From assembly GCA_964518965.1 (NCBI GenBank), contig CAZFJP010000003.1:25508-89507 (forward strand): a stretch of DNA of 64,000 nucleotides. The letters run 5' to 3'. Position numbers and translations under genes: made by a program. Below, one piece after another: positions 36,773 to 44,339 of this stretch. How positions within the stretch are numbered: position 1 is the first letter of the stretch; every line of letters begins with the position of its first letter. The stretch comes from an uncultured Candidatus Saccharibacteria bacterium. Its GTDB lineage: Bacteria; Patescibacteriota; SOKK01. Below the pieces are notes generated by a model. It searched no databases. It was given only the letters and a program-made list of their open reading frames with translations, and was not told the DNA's origin.

Positions 36773-36904
36773 TTGACCTTTTCCTTGGTTTATGTTATTG
36801 TAGCTTGTCGCTTTGCGATTTTGTCAAAGAGCGATTGTACCTTTAACTCAACAATAAATAAACGGTTTATTAACAGTTTTCATAGTCCTAGGAGGCTGAT
36901 TGGC

Positions 36905-38287
36905 ATGAAATGGATTATCGCTGTTTTACTGGTAGCGAATGCCGCTTGGGGGTATCTTATCCCCCAGACAGGCGAATTGGATGTCGACGGGGTAACTCTC
37001 GTCATTGGCGCGGAAATAAACAAACCGGACGGGGAAGATCCCCGAAAGTTAATCGGGAGTGTCTTGGACGCGGATAGCGGCCGGTCATTTGAGGTGCGGG
37101 AGAAGATCGCCAATGCTATTAAAGCGGCGGAGATCTCTCCGGAACTGGATGACCAAGAAGGTCGTTGGAAGCGGGCCAAGGATGCGGTCAAGGATTGGGA
37201 AGATCGCTTGGCACTTGCTCGCGCTTTCAAGGACGAGCTGGCGAGGCATGCTACTACGGCAGCGGTATATTTTTCCATGGACCCGGCTCAGTATGAGCGA
37301 ATGCCGGATCCCTTCGGGGCAATCCAAACACTCTTGGATGACTTTAACGACCGTGTTGCCGACATTATGGCAACCGATCCTAAGCTCCTTGAGGGTGTCG
37401 CGGCTAGTTTAATGGCATTGCGCCGCAATGCCGATCAGTTCCCCAAAGGTCTGAATAAGGATGTTGAGAAGTGTTGGGGGATTCTTATCGGCGAAGGGAA
37501 ACATCCGGAGTGGTGGGACGAAGACGTCAAAGCGGTCGCTTTAGCTGCGGAGGCGAAAAATCCCCTGCGTGAGACTAAGCCCGCTGTTGCGACGGCTCTC
37601 CCATCGCCGGTTAAGGAAACCCCTGTGTCTGTACCCGCGCCTACGCCTTCTACTCCGGTCCCAACGCTGGAAGTTGATCTCGAAGAAGCCGGGATTCTAC
37701 CTCCGCCAGAAGAAAAGTATAATAAAGAAACATCTCCTCCGGTTGAGGAAAATACGACGACTGTCGCAACGGAAGTTACTTCTTCGACTGAAGTGGTTAC
37801 GACAGAAACGTCTGTGACCTCGCCGGAAGTAGTAGCGACTAAAACGACGGAGGCGCCGACCGAATTTGTATCGGTAGAAGAACTGACAGAAGGAGTATCC
37901 GAATCTTCAGAACCTCCTTCTGCCGAATACTCGGTAGCGGACTTTCGGCGGTTAGACCTAAGCTCCAAGAGCGCTGTCGTTGACGTCATCGCCAAAAAGG
38001 AATCCTGGTCCGATGCGGATTACGAAATTATTTTCCTCTCGTTAGGATTGAATGACGATCCTAACGACGAGATTGCCGCGAAGACCTGGGAAGTAATTTG
38101 CGCTCGCTATCGCGGGTCGCAGACCTCCGAGCGGGAAGTGATTCTTGCTAAGGTGCGGGAATTCCGAAATCAAAACAACCGGAAGTTTTCTTCCCGTAGA
38201 TGTGACTTCCTGCTCAAGTATCTCGAAACTCTAAATAAACCGTTTATCAAAAAGCCCTCCCCCGGGAGGGCTTTACTCTCTTGTTAG
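36905..38287 (+). CDS. Secreted acidic protein with a Thr/Ser/Pro/Glu-rich linker (GC-rich island 2)
   Basis: The start is placed at MKWIIAVLLVANAAWG (signal peptide), with RBS TAGGAGG 8 nt upstream. The ORF track starts earlier at 36773. About 55% GC. Confidence 0.5.
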   Translation: MKWIIAVLLVANAAWGYLIPQTGELDVDGVTLVIGAEINKPDGEDPRKLIGSVLDADSGRSFEVREKIANAIKAAEISPELDDQEGRWKRAKDAVKDWEDRLALARAFKDELARHATTAAVYFSMDPAQYERMPDPFGAIQTLLDDFNDRVADIMATDPKLLEGVAASLMALRRNADQFPKGLNKDVEKCWGILIGEGKHPEWWDEDVKAVALAAEAKNPLRETKPAVATALPSPVKETPVSVPAPTPSTPVPTLEVDLEEAGILPPPEEKYNKETSPPVEENTTTVATEVTSSTEVVTTETSVTSPEVVATKTTEAPTEFVSVEELTEGVSESSEPPSAEYSVADFRRLDLSSKSAVVDVIAKKESWSDADYEIIFLSLGLNDDPNDEIAAKTWEVICARYRGSQTSEREVILAKVREFRNQNNRKFSSRRCDFLLKYLETLNKPFIKKPSPGRALLSC

Positions 38288-38432
38288 TTAAGCTAAAATT
38301 AACTGCCAAGAGCGTAAATTGGGCAATTCTAACAAGTTGGAACAGTTAAAAGTGTTTTTTGTAGGTAGTCATTGGGTGAATCAAAGATTTCTGGTGAGGA
38401 AAATCGGAAGCAAAATTACTGCAAAATTACTC

Positions 38433-38627
38433 TTGACAAGTTTCATAAGATGTGCTATACTCTTTGGTCAGCCCGGAAACTAATAGAAAAAAAGCGCGTA
38501 TTCAAGCGAAAATACTCTCTTCTTTCTGTTAGTTTTAGGGTAAAACCTAGGGCTAAACAGCGTACCAAACTCAATACTCAATCCATTATCCATTCAACTC
38601 CCCTAAGCAGGGGAAGGAGGTTCAGCC
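38433..38627 (+). promoter_or_regulatory. Promoter (TTGACA-17-TGcTATACT) plus about 160 nt conserved structured leader; copy 1 of a duplicated cassette
   Basis: About 90% identical to 39441-39625 through the RBS and into the signal peptide. Contains hairpin CCCCTAAGCAGGGG adjacent to the RBS GGAAGGAGG. Confidence 0.55.
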
Positions 38628-39323
38628 ATGCGTTACTTAGTTATCGTTTTAACCCTCTCCCTGCTCTGCGCGGGGAGCGTGTTGGCGGAGACGACCTACC
38701 ACCATTGCGACCCCTTCACGGCCGGCCACTTGGTCGACGTGCCGGGTGTCGCGATGGCTTTGGTCCAAGGCGGTATTCCCGCCGGGACCGAGCCGTCTAC
38801 CCTTAAGAAGTTTTTAGAGGAGGGGGGCGTCAACGAAAAAATTCTTGAGGGATTTTTCGCCCAGGCCGATAAGGTCGGGGCGCCGATCCCAGAGGGACTC
38901 CACTCCTGGGCTTCCGTTGCGCCGGTTTTTATCAAGGCGCTAGAAGGCGGCAAAGTCGAAGTCCAGGAGATCAGCTACGGTGAAGTGATGTGGTGGGTCG
39001 GCTATGTGCCGAGTCACCCGATTAACGCCGTAGCGATTTTAACCCCCCCGCACTACTGGGCACTCGACTATCTTTTGCGGGTGTACGTTGTCCGCGGGGT
39101 TATAGTCGAGGTCGCAGGGGAGAAAGCCGAGTTGTTTATCGGTTTCATGGAGCCCTGCGGGAACTTAGTGTTCCTCGGCGGGGAAATCCTCGAGGAACCC
39201 GAGCCCGGGGTCGGTCAAAAAGGTCCGGCTCCGGGAAAGCCGCTGAAGGTCGGCAACAAACCGATCCGTAAGCCCATTATCGGGCATGAAAACTGGGTCG
39301 GTCCCTCCTTCGGCGGACCGTAA
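38628..39323 (+). CDS. Secreted hypothetical protein (paralog 1, shares signal peptide MRYLVIVLTLSLLCAGS)
   Basis: ORF with signal peptide and RBS GGAAGGAGG. GC-rich. Confidence 0.5.
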   Translation: MRYLVIVLTLSLLCAGSVLAETTYHHCDPFTAGHLVDVPGVAMALVQGGIPAGTEPSTLKKFLEEGGVNEKILEGFFAQADKVGAPIPEGLHSWASVAPVFIKALEGGKVEVQEISYGEVMWWVGYVPSHPINAVAILTPPHYWALDYLLRVYVVRGVIVEVAGEKAELFIGFMEPCGNLVFLGGEILEEPEPGVGQKGPAPGKPLKVGNKPIRKPIIGHENWVGPSFGGP

Positions 39324-39440
39324 CGCCAACAACGCCAACACAAACTGCCCCTCCTGAATCGCAAGATTCGGAGGGGCTTCTATCCTTTTTTGACTAAGCA
39401 ATTATTCAATTATTCAAAAGAGGCGTAGAATCAACTACTA

Positions 39441-39625
39441 TTGACAACTTGTCTACTTTATGCTATACTCTTTGGTCAGTCCGGAAACTAATAGAAAAAA
39501 GCGTGTATTCAAGCGAAAAGGTACTCTCTTCTTTCTGTTAGTTTTAGGGTAAAACCTAGGGCTAAACAGCGTACCAAAAAACTCAACCCATTCATCTCCC
39601 CTAAGCAGGGGAAGGAGGTTCAGTC
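39441..39625 (+). promoter_or_regulatory. Copy 2 of the promoter plus conserved leader cassette
   Basis: TTGACA (39441-39446), 17 nt spacer, TATACT (39464-39469). The leader is near-identical to copy 1. Confidence 0.55.
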
Positions 39626-40483
39626 ATGCGTTACTTAATCGTTTTAACCCTCTCCCTGCTCTGCGCGGGGAGCACGTTTGCCGACCAAGGCGCCGGCGAG
39701 GATCCGTATCAGGACCTCTCGGCGACCAATCTCGCGGAACTGGACGCATTTGCGTTCGGGCCCATGCGGGAGCCGGACCGGGCAGTTTCTTTCTACGTTT
39801 CGCACTTAACGCGGGACGAGAAAGAATATCTCGGGACGGAGTACGAGCAGAATCTTCGGATTCTCTCGGAAACGTTCGGGATAGGGCTTGACCCTTGGCG
39901 GGACGACCGCTATGGGTTCAAGTTCGGAGCTTCCGTTACGGTACAAGATTTACTGTCGCGTAACAGCTCCGGCAAATCCTATCCCCTCGGTTTCGTGAAA
40001 TTCCGTCCCGTTTATTTCTGGAAGTTCTATGACGGGATGAACGACGGTTCGGTCGGAGATCTCGAAATCGGGTGTAGCGGTTTATACCGCTGGACCCGTT
40101 TCACGGATCTACCCGACACGGTTAAACCCGGCGCCGCTGTGGAACCGACCTTACAGGTTCGGTACCGCAGCGAACGTTGGGGCGTTTCGGCGATGGGAGG
40201 TTATTTGTATAACATCCAATCGAACCAGCACGAAGATTTCGTGCAGGGTAGAACGGATCTGTTCTGGCTCTGGGGTAAATCCTTGAGTCATGAGGTTAGC
40301 TCCTCCCTCGGCGTTGGCTATTTTAGGGCCACCGAGGGCCGCGACTATGCCTTAATTCCGAGTGTGACGCTCACGGACACCCTCTGGGATACCGTCGAGC
40401 TGACCGCCGGATACGACGCGGGACTGGTACAACATCGGCTTTATGCCAACACCTGGCGCTTCGGCGCTGGCGTTGCCTTCTAG
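39626..40483 (+). CDS. Secreted hypothetical protein (paralog 2), possibly beta-rich, outer-membrane-like, ending in a C-terminal aromatic residue
   Basis: Same signal peptide (MRYLIVLTLSLLCAGS). The mature part diverges. Ends ...GAGVAF. Confidence 0.5.
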   Translation: MRYLIVLTLSLLCAGSTFADQGAGEDPYQDLSATNLAELDAFAFGPMREPDRAVSFYVSHLTRDEKEYLGTEYEQNLRILSETFGIGLDPWRDDRYGFKFGASVTVQDLLSRNSSGKSYPLGFVKFRPVYFWKFYDGMNDGSVGDLEIGCSGLYRWTRFTDLPDTVKPGAAVEPTLQVRYRSERWGVSAMGGYLYNIQSNQHEDFVQGRTDLFWLWGKSLSHEVSSSLGVGYFRATEGRDYALIPSVTLTDTLWDTVELTAGYDAGLVQHRLYANTWRFGAGVAF

Positions 40484-40510
40484 CTTCATGCTAGCGCCGA
40501 CGACATCAAA

Positions 40511-40552
40511 GGGAACCTGGACTTTTAGTTCGGGTTCCCTCTACATCTTTTC
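40511..40552 (+). terminator. Possible terminator
   Basis: GGGAACC...GGTTCCC hairpin followed by a T-rich tract. Confidence 0.35.
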
Positions 40553-40625
40553 CTGCTAAAACTAAATTAACAGTAAGAGATGTAGCGTTTCATTATTTAT
40601 CCATAAATTAATTAAAAGGAAAACT

Positions 40626-43600
40626 ATGAAAAACTTATTCAAAAAAGCAAGTAGAACCTTAGTCGGAATGGCTCTGGTGCTTTTAGTTAGTCAAATCATT
40701 GCACCGGCGCTTTCTACTCACGCTGATGGTTTTACTCCTGGTTTTAATACGAAACCGGGTGAAGCGGATTTTTATAAAATCCGCAATGTTACCAAAGGAA
40801 CAAGTTTTGGTAATAGTGTTCAGGCAGATCCCAAAGATGTGCTTGAATTTTCTATTTACTTTCATAACTCTGTTCCTTATTCTGTTGCTCGTGACTCTCG
40901 TGTCATGGCTAACTTTCCGGCTCAAACTAAGAACGGTAAAGTAACTACTACCGGATTTTTGGGTAGCAAAGATGCCCAGCCAGCAGAGATCCAGGATACT
41001 GCGGAAATTACTGCAGACGGTCAATATAATTTGACCCATGTTGCCGGCTCTACCTGGATGAAAAAGGGTGACGGCAATGGCAACTATCCGGAAACAAGAC
41101 CCCTTCCTAATGGTAATCAAATTACCCAGGAACGCGTCAGCATTGGCGATGTTGTTGGTGGTAATTTGGAATTCCAAGGTTGGGTTTATTTCCGTATGCA
41201 AGTAGGTCCTGCCGAACAGCCTCAAGAAAATTATTCTGTTAACATTGAACCCGACCGCAATGGTCAGGATTATGCCGGTCGTGAAGTAGCTTACAATCAT
41301 ACTATTACCAACACTGGTAATGTTACCGACAGCTACAATATTTCTGCGCAATCAAGCAAAGGTTGGAAGGTACGTCTTTCTAAAGACAGCACCAACCCGA
41401 CTGCTCCTAATCAAAGCCGTGACTTAACGGTTTGGGTTACTATTCCTTACGGTGCTTCTGCTAATGATGTAGATAGTACTGTGATTACGGTTACCTCTCG
41501 AACTCGCGGTAATGTTTCCGACCGGGTTACTGATCGCACCACTGTTTTAGAGCGTCAGGTTGAAGAGGCAGAGTTAGTATTGTCAGAAAAAGTAGACAAG
41601 ACAGAGGTTCAGCGCGATAATCCAAACGAATCTGCTCGCAATATTACCTATACAATGACTGTTACTAATATCGGTAATAAAGCTGCGGTGAACACTGTAT
41701 TGGTTTCTGATTTAGGTGATAACTTGGAAGGTAATGCTAACTTCATTAGTTACGGCGGTGGTCAACGTGATGGCAATAATTTAATTTATCGCATTGGTAG
41801 AATTGGGCCGGGTCAGACGGTAGAGAAGTGGTTTATTGCTGATGTCCGTTCTGATTTAGCGGACGGTTTCCGTTTAAGAAATCGCTCTTTGGTTTCTTAT
41901 GATACCGAAGGCAATGGTATTGCAGAACCGATTAATCCGGTTGAGATCTTAGATGCCACTGCTTGGAGTGAATATGTTTATACAATTGTTCGTGGTTCTG
42001 GTTTAGATTTAGCGGTTACTGACAATCGCACTGTTGCTGAACCGGGTGATACTTTGAACTATAAGCTTACTTTAAGCAATACGGGTTCTGGCCAAGGTTA
42101 TCGGGTGATTGTGAAGAATCAGGTCCCGAACTACTTAGAGAATGTTCGCAATATTAGCGATAGTGGTATCTATGATGCTTCCGCACGTGAAATTACATGG
42201 GTACCTCGGGTTATTGGTGGCAATGGTAGTCATACCTTTACCTTTAGTGCTGACATTGAAGCGGGTACTCCTCAAGGTACCGTGCTGGTTGACACTGCAA
42301 CTGCTTCTGCTAATAATGTTCCTTCAGTTTCTGCTTCTGATTCTACTTTGGTTCAATCACAAGCCAAGTTGAATCTTGTTGAAGCAGTAGATAAAGCGGA
42401 TGTTCAAAGAGATGATTCAACTCCTGGTGCCAACGAAGTTACTTATACTTTGACTTTATCCAACAATGGTTCTGGTCCTGCCAGTCATGTCATTGTCCGC
42501 TCTGATTTAACGAGCATTTTGCAAAGTGCGACTATTATTGATACTGGCGGCGGTACTATTAGTGGCAATGAATTAAGTTATGCGCCAGTTGATCTTAATG
42601 TTGGTGATGCAGTTACCTTTACTTTCCGTGCGCAGGTCAATGCTTCGGCAGCTGACGGTGCAGTGATGACTAATCAATCTACGGCGGAATACGAAGTTGG
42701 TTTTCCGGAGGGTGTTAGTTTGGCTGTGGTTCGTAGCAATACGGTTAATACTACTATTCATGCGCCGTTCTTGACTTTAACCAAAACTGATAATAAGGAT
42801 ACAACTCAGCCGGGTGATACTTCTAATTATGAAGTGAGAATTGTTAATACCGGTTCTGGTAGTGCCTATGAAGTGAATGTCGTGGATTACTTGCCGCAAT
42901 ATCTGGAAAATATTACCGATATTTCTGACGGAGGTGTCTACGATGCTACTACCCATACCATTACTTGGAGCAATTTAACTGTTGATGGTACTGGTGGTGC
43001 GGATGCAGTAGTCCCTCAAGTCATGAAGGTCCTAACCTTTGGTGGCGAGGTCTCTACAAGCGCTTCTCACGACACAATCTTATTGAACCGCGCAGTGTTA
43101 ACTGCTCGCAATCTTGCCCAATTAGAAGCCACCGATGAAACTCGTGTAGTTGCGGAACCGGTTCTTGATTTAGCCAAAACTGTTGATGTTAATGGTACTG
43201 ATCGCGCTACGGCTCGTCCTGGCGATACCTTAACCTATACTATTACTTATGGTAATAGCGGATTGGGTGCTGCAGGCAATGTGGTCTTGCAAGATCGTTT
43301 GCCGCAATATGTCACTTATGTTTCCGGTAGTGCTACCAATGGTGGTACTTACAACGGCTTGAATCGCATGATTACTTGGAATTTAGGTAATTTGGCGGTC
43401 GGCGATATTGGTTCGGTTTCTTTTCAAGTAACTGTTAATAGTGATGTTCCGCATAATTCTACAATTCGTAACCGTGCCGTTATTGTAGCCGATGGCGGAT
43501 TCAGTAACAAAGCATTTGCAGATATTTTAGCGGAACAATTGCCGGCTCTCTTTGTTCAAAAGAGCGTAGATAAAACTAATACCAAACCGGGTGATATTCT

Positions 43601-44075
43601 TACCTACACAGTCCGTTATGGCAATAACTCTCCTTATGTTTCTGCTTTCAATGCAGTTCTAACCGATGATTTATCTGGTTATGTGACTTATGTTTCGGGC
43701 AGTGCTACTTCTAGTGGTGTTTATAACAGCACTAACCATACGCTTACTTGGAACTTGGGTACTCTACCTCCCCGAAGTTCAGGTTCAGTTACCTATCAAG
43801 TAAGAGTGAATAGTGATGTTCCCAATGGAGCAATCATTAGAAACACCGTGACTTTGACTGCAAGTTATGTTGACCCAGTCAGACACTCTGTTGCAAGTTT
43901 GTCAGAGAGGGGAGTTGTGGAGAGTACAGTTACTACGAGAGTTAGCTTCCCGGGCAGCTTAACCAAGACCGGAGTGGGCTTGATTGGTTTAATCGCTCTT
44001 GTGATTACCTTCTTGATCACACTACTTGTTACTTCTCCGCGTTTCAAAGAATATCTTACCCGCTTAAAGCGTTAA
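40626..44075 (+). CDS. Giant cell-surface protein with multiple DUF11-type repeats and a C-terminal sorting-signal-like tail
   Basis: Signal peptide. Recurring motifs of the T(Y/V)T(L/I)T..N.G...A..V.V.D.LP type across about 8 repeats. The C-terminus reads S-LTKTG, then a hydrophobic stretch, then RLKR. Confidence 0.6.
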   Translation: MKNLFKKASRTLVGMALVLLVSQIIAPALSTHADGFTPGFNTKPGEADFYKIRNVTKGTSFGNSVQADPKDVLEFSIYFHNSVPYSVARDSRVMANFPAQTKNGKVTTTGFLGSKDAQPAEIQDTAEITADGQYNLTHVAGSTWMKKGDGNGNYPETRPLPNGNQITQERVSIGDVVGGNLEFQGWVYFRMQVGPAEQPQENYSVNIEPDRNGQDYAGREVAYNHTITNTGNVTDSYNISAQSSKGWKVRLSKDSTNPTAPNQSRDLTVWVTIPYGASANDVDSTVITVTSRTRGNVSDRVTDRTTVLERQVEEAELVLSEKVDKTEVQRDNPNESARNITYTMTVTNIGNKAAVNTVLVSDLGDNLEGNANFISYGGGQRDGNNLIYRIGRIGPGQTVEKWFIADVRSDLADGFRLRNRSLVSYDTEGNGIAEPINPVEILDATAWSEYVYTIVRGSGLDLAVTDNRTVAEPGDTLNYKLTLSNTGSGQGYRVIVKNQVPNYLENVRNISDSGIYDASAREITWVPRVIGGNGSHTFTFSADIEAGTPQGTVLVDTATASANNVPSVSASDSTLVQSQAKLNLVEAVDKADVQRDDSTPGANEVTYTLTLSNNGSGPASHVIVRSDLTSILQSATIIDTGGGTISGNELSYAPVDLNVGDAVTFTFRAQVNASAADGAVMTNQSTAEYEVGFPEGVSLAVVRSNTVNTTIHAPFLTLTKTDNKDTTQPGDTSNYEVRIVNTGSGSAYEVNVVDYLPQYLENITDISDGGVYDATTHTITWSNLTVDGTGGADAVVPQVMKVLTFGGEVSTSASHDTILLNRAVLTARNLAQLEATDETRVVAEPVLDLAKTVDVNGTDRATARPGDTLTYTITYGNSGLGAAGNVVLQDRLPQYVTYVSGSATNGGTYNGLNRMITWNLGNLAVGDIGSVSFQVTVNSDVPHNSTIRNRAVIVADGGFSNKAFADILAEQLPALFVQKSVDKTNTKPGDILTYTVRYGNNSPYVSAFNAVLTDDLSGYVTYVSGSATSSGVYNSTNHTLTWNLGTLPPRSSGSVTYQVRVNSDVPNGAIIRNTVTLTASYVDPVRHSVASLSERGVVESTVTTRVSFPGSLTKTGVGLIGLIALVITFLITLLVTSPRFKEYLTRLKR

Positions 44076-44100
44076 GGAATTTCGGTAGTTGCAATAAACT

Positions 44101-44134
44101 AAAAGCCCTTGCTTGAATAAAGTAGGGGCTTTTA
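44101..44134 (+). terminator. Rho-independent terminator
   Basis: AAAAGCCC...GGGCTTTT hairpin. Confidence 0.55.
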
Positions 44135-44339
44135 GAATACATAGGATAAAATCAAAAAGCAAAAATCAAAATGCAAAGGTAAATGTAAAAGGCAGGATTA
44201 AAGTATTATTAGAGTTGAAGAAAGTAAAACGAGAGAATCCCAATTTTTGCATTTTGTTTTCAATTTTGCTTTTTGCCTTTTGCGTTTTGCTTTTTAGCAA
44301 TGCTTATGTTATAATGTCTTGTGCTTAATAATTAAAATA

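Noticed and set aside
38372-38806. 144 aa plus-strand ORF
   Set aside because: It covers the duplicated promoter and leader and runs into paralog 1 out of frame. The conserved leader is non-coding in the second copy.
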